From Alphaproteobacteria bacterium (lineage in GTDB: Bacteria > Pseudomonadota > Alphaproteobacteria > Rs-D84): a DNA stretch of 64,000 nucleotides. The DNA is taken from NCBI GenBank assembly GCA_046881825.1, contig JBKSMS010000009.1, positions 5,307-69,306 of the forward strand, given 5' to 3'. Numbering within the stretch: the first letter of the stretch is position 1; each line of letters starts with the position of its first letter. The position numbers and the translations under genes were made by a program. Of the stretch, positions 27,044 to 37,863 are shown one piece after another. The notes beneath the pieces are model-generated. The model had not been told where the DNA came from. It worked only from the letters and a program-made list of their open reading frames with translations, and made no database searches.

Positions 27044-28961
27044 ATGCGTTTTTGCTTATTGTGTTATATATAATTCCCAAATCTGTTTGAAGCAGGGCAG
27101 ATTTTACTGCATCTGCATCATTTGTTTGATCGGCACTTTTAAGGATTTTTTCAAAATTTCGAACAAATTGAGATGCTTGGGAATGAAAAACTTTATCAGC
27201 TTTTAACATTTCGCGAATTTGTTTTTTATCGGATGCTTCAAACATTTTTACCAACCATTTGGCAAAAACTTTGTTGTCCCCGTCATTGTATCTTTTCCAT
27301 ACAACATCTGGTATCTGGGCGCCCGAAGCACGCGTCAAATCAACAGATTGTTCATAAAGTTTTTCAAATAGTTTATCTGTCTGGTTAAGGAAATCTTTGG
27401 TGCTGACCGGTTTATAAGAAGCCGCAGGCGCAACTTTAATTGCATCCATTGGCGCAGATGCACGTGCAACCATCATTTGTTTGTTAAGGCTTTGCATTGC
27501 ATCAACGGCCTTGGCATAATCGGACATTAAATCTATCATTTGTTGGCGTGACTGCCCGGCTAAATCGCCCAGTTGTGTTGAAGAATTGTTTATGTTTTCC
27601 AAAGATTCCGCAATAGTCGTCTTCATAACATTGATTTTATCAACCAAAGTATTTACAATTTGATTCAAGTTTTCGCTCATATCACGCGAACCAGATGCCA
27701 AATCAGGCAAAGCAACATAATATTTTTCGATCAGTTCAGATAACGGTTTCAGTTGTTCTGTCGTTTCTGTTGACATCTTAATCAGATTTTCAGATTGTCC
27801 AGACAACTGTGTGTGCGCCTTGTTCATTTCTATCAAAGTTTCACGGACACCAATACCCATAGCTTTTACAGAATTAGCAAATTCCATCGCAGCAGATTTG
27901 GTGTTTTCCAATGTTTCATTAGCAACCCCAGATACATCTTTGATTTCTTTGACAACACCAGTTGAAAATTCATGAATTTCATTATCAAAACGATTTGTTA
28001 GTCCTGCTAATTCATTTGTGATTCCACGAACAGATGCGGTGGTATTAGTTGTAGAATTATCCAATGCGCTAATTGCACTTTCTAATTTGCGCAATTGTTT
28101 GTCGATAGATGTTTCCGCCAATCTTATATTTGCCCCAACCACATTGGCTGTTTCTGTCATAGTATTGACTTGGCGGGTAAGTTCTTTATTAGCGCGTTTT
28201 GTAAATTCTGCTAACTTAGTTAAATAATCACTTAGCAATTTATCATTTTGACGCATGTTTTCATCATATGCAGCAGATGATTTTGTTACTGCTTCAAAAC
28301 CACTGTTCACGCTAGCACTAAGCTCAGTGAGTTGTTGTTGCAAAGTATTTGCGGCAGCAGTTAATTTTTCCATGTTTTCAGTATTAGAATTAAATGTAGA
28401 TTGTAATTGTTCACTGATTTGATGTTCGGTATCCAAAGATTGCGTTATTTGTTCTTGTAATTGTGTCGCATGCTGAGTGGTTGTAGTAGTTGTTTCAGAT
28501 ATTCTGTTTAACAAGCTTTCTGTTGTGGCAGAAAAATTATCAACACTGTGTTGGACATCTGCCCACCCGGCAGACGCGACAATTTCACCCAGCCCAGTCA
28601 CAGTATTGTCAAGACGTTGAGACATTGTTGCAATCTTTTTTACGGCTTCATCGGCAGTCAAAACCATCTTGTCGTTTTGTTCGCCAAGGTTTTTCTTAAT
28701 TTCTTCACTGCGAACAATTTGGTTTTGCAAAGCATTTGCCATTTGTTTAAAATTATCATCTATTTTTGTGATTTCGTCTTTTAGTATGGTCTGCAAAACC
28801 CGTGTTGCATCTTGAACTTTTGCTTGTTCAGGATTTGTCATAATTTCTAATAAAGACTGCATAACCCGTTGAGATTTGCGCGAAATGAAAAACAAGCAAA
28901 TCAAGTTAATAAACAACAAAACACCCAAAGACAAAGCGGTGATTAACAATATTTGATTCAT
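27042..28961 (-). CDS. Membrane-anchored long coiled-coil protein (TipN-like polar scaffold)
   Basis: N-terminal TM; long heptad-rich helical region; C-terminal WKRYNDGDNKVF...FVRNFE...TDLGIIY resembles alphaproteobacterial TipN-type C-termini. Confidence 0.6.
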   Translation of the reverse strand: MNQILLITALSLGVLLFINLICLFFISRKSQRVMQSLLEIMTNPEQAKVQDATRVLQTILKDEITKIDDNFKQMANALQNQIVRSEEIKKNLGEQNDKMVLTADEAVKKIATMSQRLDNTVTGLGEIVASAGWADVQHSVDNFSATTESLLNRISETTTTTTQHATQLQEQITQSLDTEHQISEQLQSTFNSNTENMEKLTAAANTLQQQLTELSASVNSGFEAVTKSSAAYDENMRQNDKLLSDYLTKLAEFTKRANKELTRQVNTMTETANVVGANIRLAETSIDKQLRKLESAISALDNSTTNTTASVRGITNELAGLTNRFDNEIHEFSTGVVKEIKDVSGVANETLENTKSAAMEFANSVKAMGIGVRETLIEMNKAHTQLSGQSENLIKMSTETTEQLKPLSELIEKYYVALPDLASGSRDMSENLNQIVNTLVDKINVMKTTIAESLENINNSSTQLGDLAGQSRQQMIDLMSDYAKAVDAMQSLNKQMMVARASAPMDAIKVAPAASYKPVSTKDFLNQTDKLFEKLYEQSVDLTRASGAQIPDVVWKRYNDGDNKVFAKWLVKMFEASDKKQIREMLKADKVFHSQASQFVRNFEKILKSADQTNDADAVKSALLQTDLGIIYNTISKNA

Positions 28962-29042
28962 AATTTTTCTCCCTGAAAAAATAAGTTCCTTGAACTCTAA
29001 GGGAATTTATACTAAAATCTTTTTGATAAAGCAAGAGTATAA

Positions 29043-31685
29043 ATGAAACAAAAAGAAGTTTTTTCTTCTGAACAGCTTGCTGCTTCAAACCCAATGGAAA
29101 ATATTTGGGTTCAAGCTAATGCAGGTACTGGAAAAACCAAGGTTTTGGTTCATCGTCTTTTGCGCATATTATTCCGGGACGGACAATATAACAAAGAAGC
29201 AACAGGTGTTCTGTGTTTGACTTATACGAATGCCGCCGCTGGTGAAATGCGCAATCGTATTTTAAAAGAACTGCACAAATGGGCAACCAGTGACGACAAA
29301 GATTTATCTGAACTGTTGGAATCAGTGTCCGAAAATAACCCTCCGACCGCAAAAGATTTGGCTTTTGCTCGTAAAGTATTTTATTCGTATATCGATAACC
29401 CAGATATGTTAAAAATAAAAACAATACACGGATTCTGTGAAGAAATTTTGCATCGTTTTCCTTTGGAAGCAGGAATTTCACCAACTTGGTCACTTGTATC
29501 TGGTGCAGCACAGACCGTTTTGTTGGACTCTGCTTTTAATCGCATGATTAAAAATTCTGTAAACAATGTGTCTGATTTACAAAACACTATGGATGCTTTT
29601 TATAAAATCATAGATATTAAATCAGAGTATTTTTTAAACGACTTGCAAGAATTGTTGCTGGGGCATTATCGTTCGTTTTTTCAAGTTGATGATATAAACG
29701 AATATCGTAAATATTTTATCGAAAAAACACAAGATATATTGGGTATCAAAAACTATAAAGAAGTCATCATAACAACCGATTACTTAATGTCCATAATAAC
29801 ATACGCAGAACAAATAGAAAAATCTTCGAAAAAGCCGGCAAAGTACATTCAAAACATTATCAACACAACCAAACAATACATTGATAAAACTATATATTTT
29901 GAAAAATACAAAGATTTGTACTTAACACAACAAAACGAGATTGATAAAAAGTTTCTAAAAGATGATTTGTTCAGCAAAGAAGCATTGCGAGTATATAACA
30001 AACAGCAATTTTTATTGAACAAAAAAATCTTTAAAAATACTGTTGCATTATTTGATTTATCAATGGATTTTGCAAATACTTATAAAACAATAAAACAAGA
30101 ACACAATGTTCTTGATTTTGAAGATTTGATTTTATACACACAAAAACTGTTTTTAAAACCTGATGTTATGGGTTGGGTTTTATCGCAAATGGATGTTTCT
30201 TTGTCGCATATTTTGGTTGATGAAGCTCAAGATACCAGTCCGCAACAGTGGAATATATTACGCGCCTTGGCGGGTGATTTCTTTACCGAAGGTGACACAA
30301 AAAACAATCGTTCAATATTTGTTGTAGGCGATACGAAACAATCTATATACGGTTTTCAAAATGCAGACCCACGGGCTTTTGCGACCAGCCGCCAAGCAAT
30401 TGCGAATCAAATAAAACAAAATTACAGAACAATTCAAGAAGTGTCTTTAGACCAAAGCTTTCGTTCAACAAAGCCGATTTTGGATACCGTAGATTGTTTT
30501 TTTGATTGTCCTGAAATTGTGCATCAAACAGGTTTTATAAACAACAAACATAAATGTTTCAGACAAGAAGCCAAAGGATTGGTTGAAATACATAATGTGT
30601 TTAAATGTGATAAAACCGGCACAATAAAAAACAAACTTTATGTAAACATGTTGGCAGACAAAATAGAAACTTTGGTAAAAACACAAAAAATCAATCCGAA
30701 AGATATTATGATTTTGGTTCAGCGACGCGGACCCTTTGTGGATTATTTGTCGGCTGCTCTAAAAAAACGCGGAATAGATATTGCAGGTAATGACAGAATA
30801 AAATTACCTGAATTTTCTGCGATAAAAGATATGTTGCATTTGGTAAGATTTTGTGTTGATACAACAAATGATTATAGTTTATGTTGTGTATTAAAAAGCC
30901 CGTTTTATAAATTGAAAGAACTCGATATTTTTGAATTATGTAAAATTAAAAATAACGATAAAACAACATCTGTTTTTGATTGTTTGCACGAAAAATTTCC
31001 GGACATTTATGATGATTTAATAGACACTATAAATCAGTCAAAAAAATTGGCACCATATTCATTTTTTACTTATGTTTTGAATAAAAACGATAACAGAAAA
31101 AAGTTTATATCGGCACTTGGAAAACAAATTATTGACCCGTTGGAAGAATTTTTAACAATGTGTCTTGCTTATGAAAGAACACAGTCTGGAACGCTTTATC
31201 ATTTCTTGAAATGGTTTATCACAGGCGACAGCGAAATAAAACGCGACATGGATGCTTCGGCTGGGGTGCGCATAATGACTGTGCATGGCAGTAAAGGTCT
31301 GGATTCGAAAATAGTGTTTTTAATAGATACATTGACCTTTCCAAAATCAAAACAAATTTTAAACATAAATCATTTACATAATGATTCTAAATATGATTTA
31401 TGGTTTTGGAAAACCAATGAATCTGCGGCTTTGAAGCCAATTGTTGAACAAAACAAAAATGATGATATTGCAGAATATTATCGATTGCTTTATGTAGCGA
31501 TGACGCGTGCGCGCGATGAACTTTATATTTATGGAGTTGATATGGATAGGGCTTCTGAAATGGTTTGGCACAAACAATTATGGAATGTTTTTTCAAATGC
31601 TAAAGATTTATTTACAGACGAAGACACAATAAGGATTAATAATGACACAGACCTTACACGATTTTTTGACTGGTGCAAAGAATAA
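29043..31685 (+). CDS. addA: AddA helicase domain (UvrD family), lacking the nuclease domain
   Basis: ANAGTGKT, LTYTNAAAGEM, TIHGFC, VDEAQD, VGDTKQSIY, MTVHGSKGL, YVAMTRA. Confidence 0.88.
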   Translation: MKQKEVFSSEQLAASNPMENIWVQANAGTGKTKVLVHRLLRILFRDGQYNKEATGVLCLTYTNAAAGEMRNRILKELHKWATSDDKDLSELLESVSENNPPTAKDLAFARKVFYSYIDNPDMLKIKTIHGFCEEILHRFPLEAGISPTWSLVSGAAQTVLLDSAFNRMIKNSVNNVSDLQNTMDAFYKIIDIKSEYFLNDLQELLLGHYRSFFQVDDINEYRKYFIEKTQDILGIKNYKEVIITTDYLMSIITYAEQIEKSSKKPAKYIQNIINTTKQYIDKTIYFEKYKDLYLTQQNEIDKKFLKDDLFSKEALRVYNKQQFLLNKKIFKNTVALFDLSMDFANTYKTIKQEHNVLDFEDLILYTQKLFLKPDVMGWVLSQMDVSLSHILVDEAQDTSPQQWNILRALAGDFFTEGDTKNNRSIFVVGDTKQSIYGFQNADPRAFATSRQAIANQIKQNYRTIQEVSLDQSFRSTKPILDTVDCFFDCPEIVHQTGFINNKHKCFRQEAKGLVEIHNVFKCDKTGTIKNKLYVNMLADKIETLVKTQKINPKDIMILVQRRGPFVDYLSAALKKRGIDIAGNDRIKLPEFSAIKDMLHLVRFCVDTTNDYSLCCVLKSPFYKLKELDIFELCKIKNNDKTTSVFDCLHEKFPDIYDDLIDTINQSKKLAPYSFFTYVLNKNDNRKKFISALGKQIIDPLEEFLTMCLAYERTQSGTLYHFLKWFITGDSEIKRDMDASAGVRIMTVHGSKGLDSKIVFLIDTLTFPKSKQILNINHLHNDSKYDLWFWKTNESAALKPIVEQNKNDDIAEYYRLLYVAMTRARDELYIYGVDMDRASEMVWHKQLWNVFSNAKDLFTDEDTIRINNDTDLTRFFDWCKE

Positions 31686-32085
31686 AGAATTTGCAACAAA
31701 AACAGGAATACAAAAGCATGCTGATTTACAACATGTTGTTATAGACAGTTCTGGCAATTATGGCGATAATGAATTAATAAAAATTATACAAAATCATCCA
31801 AATTTAAAACCTTTCTTTGTCAAAGACGCAAAAACGGAAGTTCCAATCGCGGGCTTAATAAACGGGCATTTTATAAGTCGCAGAATAGACAGATTTTTAA
31901 TAAACAAAACGACAAAAACCATTGATTTTATTGATTATAAAACAGATATAGACAAAACATTATTTATTGAAAAATATAAACACCAATTAAACGAATATCA
32001 TGAATTATTAAAATCTGCCTATCCAGATTATAAAATAAACGGCTATATCTTATGGACTAATGATTGGGTATTGCAGCAAATTTAA
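31642..32085 (+). CDS. Stand-alone PD-(D/E)XK nuclease (AddA C-terminal domain)
   Basis: G-x-x-x-H-x-x-LQ, EVPIAG, RIDR, IDYKT, QLNEY; SD AAGGA; overlaps addA by 44 bp in the +1 frame. Confidence 0.85.
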   Translation: MTQTLHDFLTGAKNKEFATKTGIQKHADLQHVVIDSSGNYGDNELIKIIQNHPNLKPFFVKDAKTEVPIAGLINGHFISRRIDRFLINKTTKTIDFIDYKTDIDKTLFIEKYKHQLNEYHELLKSAYPDYKINGYILWTNDWVLQQI

Positions 32086-32106
32086 TAATAAAAAAAGGAT
32101 AACAAA

Positions 32107-32460
32107 ATGAAAAAAGAAAACAAAACAAAAACGAACAAAAAGATAGACATTATTCGTTGGCTATCAATATTACCAATAGCTTATGCAGAAAGTTGGTTGT
32201 GCTGGTGGATGGCGCGTATAATAGATAAAGAATATCGCACATATTATAGTAGGGCTTATGAAATATCTTCTGTTGGTGGATCGTTGTATAATTTTATTGA
32301 ACTAATGCTTGTTTGTGTTGTCCCGTTTGTTATGGTGTTTTTTACGACCAGATTTGTAGCACCAAAATATAAAAATACAGTGGCTGTCATTACTACTATA
32401 GTAATCTTTATATGGGCCGTTTATCTGCTTTTTCTGGGGTTGTCTCATATGGCATATTAA
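32107..32460 (+). CDS. Small 3-TM membrane protein
   Basis: SD AAGGA; three hydrophobic segments. Confidence 0.7.
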   Translation: MKKENKTKTNKKIDIIRWLSILPIAYAESWLCWWMARIIDKEYRTYYSRAYEISSVGGSLYNFIELMLVCVVPFVMVFFTTRFVAPKYKNTVAVITTIVIFIWAVYLLFLGLSHMAY

Positions 32461-32498
32461 AACTTGAATAGAGATAATAAAACAGCTATAATTCGGGC

Positions 32499-34151
32499 AT
32501 GTTAGTTAGTTTACATATTTCAAATATAGTATTGATTGAAAAACTGAATTTACAATTCGGTAATGGTTTGAATATTATGACTGGGGAAACCGGCGCTGGC
32601 AAAAGTATTCTGTTGGATGCGTTATCGCTGGCTTTGGGTGCGCGTTCTGATACGGGCTTGGTTCGCAACGGTTGTGATATGGCAACGGTGACCGCAGAAT
32701 TTGATTTTGTTAATGATAATGTAAAAACAATCTTGGACGAAAATGGCATTGATTATAACGACGGGTTAATTTTACGGCGCACATTATCGCGTGACGGCAA
32801 AAGCAAAGCATGGATTAATGATATACCTGTGTCCGTCAAATTATTGAAACAAATTGGTGATGAAGTTGTTGAAATTCATGGGCAATTTGAAAGTCATTCT
32901 TTGTTAGATACGGCTTTGCATTTGACGACTTTGGATGAATACGCGCAATTGAATAATCCGGAATTTTCTATTGCTTTGGAACGAACCCGGCAAGCGTATG
33001 TTGATTTACATGAATCACAAAAAAGATTAAAAGAATTAACGGAACTTTTGGAAAGATCTGAAAGCGAACGGGATTTCTTGGAACATAATGTTAATGAGCT
33101 GCGCAATCTGAATCCACAAATTGGCGAAGAAGAAGACTTGGCTGGTGCGCGCGCAAAAATGATGGATGCCGAAAAAAATGCTGGTATTTTGACCGATGCG
33201 ATAACAGTATTAAAGAATAATGGTAATTCATTGGATGAACAGATTTGTTCTGTGGCTCATATTTTAGAGCGCATAAAGACCGAACCAAATCCATATAGTG
33301 AACAAATTGATAAACTTTATGATGCGGCATCTGTTGTGGCGGAAATAGGCGAACAAATTCATCCTGAAAACACCGATATTGCAGATATAGATACTGTCGA
33401 AGAAAGATTGTTTGCGTTACGTGCTGCTGCACGAAAACATCGTTGTGCGGTTGATGAATTGCCAACCAGATTGATTGAAATGGAAAAACAATTGAACGCG
33501 ATTGATAACAGCGATACAGAATTAAAAAAATGTAAGTCGGATGTTGATAATTATATGTCGGTATTTAATAAACTGGCAAACACCTTGTCTGCTTTGCGAA
33601 AAACAGCCTCAGACAATTTACGCCAACAAATTCTTGTTGAATTACCTGATTTAAAATTGGGCTCAGCTGATTTCATTGTAGATATTCAATCAACGATTCC
33701 AACTTTAAGTGGTTTGGACGCTGTTGTATTTACGATAAAAACTAATCCTGGCACTCCGTTTGCTCCGTTGAATAAAATCGCGTCTGGCGGCGAATTATCG
33801 CGCTTTATGTTGGCATTGCGTGTAGCACTTAACAACCCAAACAACAAAAAGACTATCGTGTTTGATGAATTGGATACTGGGATAAGTGGTGCAACGGCTT
33901 CTGCGGTTGGGGAAAGATTAAATAAATTGGCAAGAAACGAACAATTATTGGTTATAACTCATTCGGCTCAGGTTGCTGGTTTTGCAGATAAACATTTCAA
34001 GATTTCTAAGCAAAGCGCAAACGACAAAACGATAACATCCGTTGTTGAAATTTCTGGTGACGATAAAATAAATGAAATTGCTCGTATAATAAGCGGCGCG
34101 AAAATCACGCCAGAAGCGGTTGCTACTGCAAAAACCTTGATTAAAAATTAA
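32499..34151 (+). CDS. recN: DNA repair protein RecN
   Basis: TGETGAGKS, EIHGQF, ASGGELSR, FDELDTGISG, ITHSAQVA. Confidence 0.97.
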   Translation: MLVSLHISNIVLIEKLNLQFGNGLNIMTGETGAGKSILLDALSLALGARSDTGLVRNGCDMATVTAEFDFVNDNVKTILDENGIDYNDGLILRRTLSRDGKSKAWINDIPVSVKLLKQIGDEVVEIHGQFESHSLLDTALHLTTLDEYAQLNNPEFSIALERTRQAYVDLHESQKRLKELTELLERSESERDFLEHNVNELRNLNPQIGEEEDLAGARAKMMDAEKNAGILTDAITVLKNNGNSLDEQICSVAHILERIKTEPNPYSEQIDKLYDAASVVAEIGEQIHPENTDIADIDTVEERLFALRAAARKHRCAVDELPTRLIEMEKQLNAIDNSDTELKKCKSDVDNYMSVFNKLANTLSALRKTASDNLRQQILVELPDLKLGSADFIVDIQSTIPTLSGLDAVVFTIKTNPGTPFAPLNKIASGGELSRFMLALRVALNNPNNKKTIVFDELDTGISGATASAVGERLNKLARNEQLLVITHSAQVAGFADKHFKISKQSANDKTITSVVEISGDDKINEIARIISGAKITPEAVATAKTLIKN

Positions 34152-34154
34152 AAC

Positions 34155-35393
34155 TTACTTTTTTATATGATATATTCCATCGGCAAATTCAATAGATGCT
34201 GGAATTGCGGTATTCGTACTGATAATATTATTATCTTGGTCACGAACAATAGCATATCCGCGTTGCAGAACATTTTTATAACTTAAACTATTTAGCATTT
34301 GCCCCATGTGGTTCAAAGCTTGGTTTAATGCTTTGAATCGGTTTTCTAGTATTGTTGGGAAACGTGCCACTAATTCTATTTTTTGATGTGCTGATTGTGT
34401 TTTTGTTGTGATAATCAATCCCATGGTTCGCCCGATATCATCAAGGCGTTGCATTTGTTCCATTAAAATCTGTTTAGGACTTTTGATATTCACACTATTT
34501 ATGTTGCGTTTTAATTGCACAATTTTTGTCATAAACGCAGTATTTAACCTATGCGATAAATTATCTAGTTCTTGAACCAAAGATATTTTTGTTGGCACAA
34601 CCATTTCGGCGGCACCAGTTGGGGTAGGTGCGCGTACATCCGCTGCAAAATCAATCAGCATCCAATCTGGTTCGTGGCCAACGCCAGAAATCAAAGGTAT
34701 ATGACTGGCCGCAGCAGCGCGCACAACAATTTCTTCGCTGAACGGCAACAAATCTTCCAAAGCCCCGCCACCGCGCGCGACAATAATAACATCTACATTA
34801 TTTTTTGCGTTAAAGTATTCAATACCTGCTGCAACTTCGGCGGCAGCTGTCGCGCCCTGAACAGTAGCAGGATAAAGCAATATATGGACAGGGAATCTTT
34901 CGCGAAGTCGATTTTGTATATCCTGAAAAGCAGCGCCTGTTGGGCTGGTAACAACACCTATTGTTTGTGGAAAGCGGGGCAATGTTTTCTTGCGTGATTC
35001 ATCAAACAATCCTTCGGCTGCTAGTTTTTGTTTGCGCATTTCTAACATTTTTAATATCGCGCCAACCCCAGCCAATTCAATAGAATTGATTATGATTTGA
35101 TAATTACTACGCGCAGGATAAGTTGTAAAACGCCCTGTAATAATAACTTCTGCGCCTTCTTCTAATTTGAAATTCACAGGTGTCCCACGCCAAATAATCG
35201 CATTTATAGCGGCGTTTGCATCCTTGATTGTCATATACAAGTGTCCCGAAGTAGCGCGCGTAATCTGTGATAATTCGCCACGAATACGAATTTCTGGAAA
35301 TGCGGTTTCAACGACTTTTTTTAACAGTGTTGCAGCATCAGAAACACTGAATATCATATCTGGTTTAACAAAAGGTTCTGGTTTGGGTAACAT
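34155..35393 (-). CDS. xseA: Exodeoxyribonuclease VII large subunit
   Basis: SGHLY, VTSPTGAAFQD, ARGGG, GVGHE, APTPTGAAE, LQRGY. Confidence 0.96.
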   Translation of the reverse strand: MLPKPEPFVKPDMIFSVSDAATLLKKVVETAFPEIRIRGELSQITRATSGHLYMTIKDANAAINAIIWRGTPVNFKLEEGAEVIITGRFTTYPARSNYQIIINSIELAGVGAILKMLEMRKQKLAAEGLFDESRKKTLPRFPQTIGVVTSPTGAAFQDIQNRLRERFPVHILLYPATVQGATAAAEVAAGIEYFNAKNNVDVIIVARGGGALEDLLPFSEEIVVRAAAASHIPLISGVGHEPDWMLIDFAADVRAPTPTGAAEMVVPTKISLVQELDNLSHRLNTAFMTKIVQLKRNINSVNIKSPKQILMEQMQRLDDIGRTMGLIITTKTQSAHQKIELVARFPTILENRFKALNQALNHMGQMLNSLSYKNVLQRGYAIVRDQDNNIISTNTAIPASIEFADGIYHIKK

Positions 35394-35483
35394 CGATTTT
35401 CTCTTTTATTAACAAGCATAGCATTCTAACCGATTTTTAGACGAATTGCAATTCGATAATTGTTGTGGTATAATACTATCGAT

Positions 35484-36410
35484 ATGACGGATAACAAAGA
35501 TTTTATAAACACAGATAAACCGCGGGAAAGTATTGTTTTTGCCGACGGTAATTATGTTATAAAAAAACCGACAGCAACAAACAAAGAACATATCAAAGTT
35601 TGGGTAAACAAACAAAAAAACGCGAAAAACACTGTCGATAATTTGTTACAAAAATCAAAATATATAAATCAATATTTTGTTCCAAAAATTATAGAAATTT
35701 CTAATACTGATACGCCATATGTTCGCGAAGAAAGGGTTTTGGGTCAGCCTGTTACAAAAAATTTTTTCAAAAAACTGCCCTTGACACAACAAGAAAAATT
35801 ATATGATTCTTTGGCTGCGTTTATAACAGATATGAATCAGAGTAAACCAATATTAAATATGTCTTCTTTGTTGCAAGAAACTGACAACAATGGATATAAT
35901 CTTGTGAAAGTGCTGGCATCAATCAAACAATATTTATCAAAAGAAGACATTGAAAAAATTAATCGTATTTATAAATTTTTTATGTCTCGTTCGGATATGA
36001 TGGAAGCATATGTGTTTTTTCATGGTGACATGAACGAAAACAACATGTTTTATGATATTGAACATGATGTTGTTTCTTTCTTGGATTTTGCGGAATCAAA
36101 GTATGAAAACATAGAATATATGTTTAATCATGATTTGAAAAAACTGCAATGGTTGGATACAGAAAAATTGATTTCTAAATATACAAAGATAAATCCAAAA
36201 CTAAGAATTAAATCGGATAAAAATATGTTGAATTTGTTTAATGCTTTGCGCGCGATTCAATGGACTGGCGAATCTTTGATACAACAACCAAAACAGGCAA
36301 ATATTTACAAAATAATTTTAAAAGGAAAAATCAACGAACTGGAAACTGCATATAATAATTGTGTTAAATCTGTTCAAGTTCAACAAATAGCCTCAAAACA
36401 AAGATTATAA
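35484..36410 (+). CDS. APH/choline-kinase-like phosphotransferase
   Basis: YVIKK, FVPKII, FFHGDMNENN, FLDFAE; very low GC; ends QQIASKQRL. Confidence 0.75.
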   Translation: MTDNKDFINTDKPRESIVFADGNYVIKKPTATNKEHIKVWVNKQKNAKNTVDNLLQKSKYINQYFVPKIIEISNTDTPYVREERVLGQPVTKNFFKKLPLTQQEKLYDSLAAFITDMNQSKPILNMSSLLQETDNNGYNLVKVLASIKQYLSKEDIEKINRIYKFFMSRSDMMEAYVFFHGDMNENNMFYDIEHDVVSFLDFAESKYENIEYMFNHDLKKLQWLDTEKLISKYTKINPKLRIKSDKNMLNLFNALRAIQWTGESLIQQPKQANIYKIILKGKINELETAYNNCVKSVQVQQIASKQRL

Positions 36411-37538
36411 TTCAGTCAATGGCCAACGGGGGCGGGGGGCAATTGGCTCTTTGACTATATTACCAATTGTATAATTTTCTATTCCTGCCCATGCAATCAT
36501 GGCACCATTATCAGTACATAAATTCATGGGGGGTGCAGCAAATTGCATATTAAAATTATTTGCTAGCTTTTCCATGGCATCACGTATAGCACTGTTTTTT
36601 GCAACACCACCAGCCACAACCAAAGTTTTTGGATTGGCCTTCTTTACACGCATATCAAACAAGGCATTGTTTAATCTGTTTGTTATACAATCAACAACAG
36701 CGCACTGAAATGAGGCGCAAAAATCATTTATAAATTGTTCATTGATATCTTTTTCTGGTATTTTGTCCAACAACATGCGTGCCGCGGTTTTTATACCAGA
36801 AAACGAAAAATCGCACCCTGGCTTGTCGCACAGTGGTCGCGGAAAATGAAACCGTTTGGCATTACCAAGTTTTGCGCGATTATCTACAATTGGTCCCCCA
36901 GGATATCCCAAACCTAACATCTTAGCGATTTTATCAAACGCTTCCCCGGCACTATCGTCTAAAGTTTGTCCAATCAATTCATATTTACCAACACCGCGAA
37001 CAAGCAAAATCTGACAGTGTCCCCCAGAAGCCAACATTAACAAATATGGAAATTCAACATCTATATTTGTCACAGAATCACCAGCCGAAGTAGCTTTAAG
37101 ACGCGGCACTAACGCATGTCCTTCTAAATGATTCACTGCAACTAATGGTTTTTTTGTAGCATTTGCAATACCCGTCGCCGTCATCCATCCGATTAAAACG
37201 CCACCAATCAACCCAGGACCCGCAGTCGCAGCGATAATATCTATGTCATCAATTGTTTTGCCCGCGCGTTCCAGTGTTAATTTTACGACTTCGTCTATTG
37301 CTAATATATGTGCGCGTGCCGCTAATTCAGGAACGACACCACCATATTTTTGATGTTCCGGGATTTGTGAATAAATAATATGAGATAAAATATTTTTATT
37401 GCTGTCTATAATTGCTGCACTGGTTTCATCACATGAAGATTCAATTCCCAAACACAATACAGAATCTTTGGAACATTGTTTGGACACATCAGCACCCATA
37501 TCTGTAATGATTAAATTTTCATTATTCATGTTTGTCAT
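36405..37538 (-). CDS. tsaD: tRNA threonylcarbamoyltransferase TsaD
   Basis: LGIESSCDET, GGVVPELAARAH, NHLEGH, SGGH, GYPGGP, TDNGAMIA. Confidence 0.97.
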   Translation of the reverse strand: MTNMNNENLIITDMGADVSKQCSKDSVLCLGIESSCDETSAAIIDSNKNILSHIIYSQIPEHQKYGGVVPELAARAHILAIDEVVKLTLERAGKTIDDIDIIAATAGPGLIGGVLIGWMTATGIANATKKPLVAVNHLEGHALVPRLKATSAGDSVTNIDVEFPYLLMLASGGHCQILLVRGVGKYELIGQTLDDSAGEAFDKIAKMLGLGYPGGPIVDNRAKLGNAKRFHFPRPLCDKPGCDFSFSGIKTAARMLLDKIPEKDINEQFINDFCASFQCAVVDCITNRLNNALFDMRVKKANPKTLVVAGGVAKNSAIRDAMEKLANNFNMQFAAPPMNLCTDNGAMIAWAGIENYTIGNIVKEPIAPRPRWPLTEL

Positions 37539-37857
37539 CTGTTTTTGAATTAAGTTTTATGCCATTATAACAAAGAACAGCAGCATCATGAATAACCATT
37601 TTATTAGAATCAGGCAATTCTGCAATCTTGGTAACACAGCTTATTAACAAGTCTTGATTTTCCGCATTTGGCACAATTTTTTGAACAGTTGTAATTTGTT
37701 CTTGTTCTGACAAGGTTAACCATTTTTTCATGTGTGATTTTTCAAAAGTCCGTATTGGCTTAACAAAAAAGCCCAACACTATAAACATGCCAAGAATACA
37801 AACAACAATAGATATTTTTATAAAAAGCTTTATTTGTTGAAGTTTGTGTTTTTGCAT
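37522..37857 (-). CDS. Membrane-anchored hypothetical protein
   Basis: N-terminal TM, Cys pair, in-operon position. Confidence 0.65.
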   Translation of the reverse strand: MQKHKLQQIKLFIKISIVVCILGMFIVLGFFVKPIRTFEKSHMKKWLTLSEQEQITTVQKIVPNAENQDLLISCVTKIAELPDSNKMVIHDAAVLCYNGIKLNSKTDDKHE

Positions 37858-37863
37858 AGTTAA

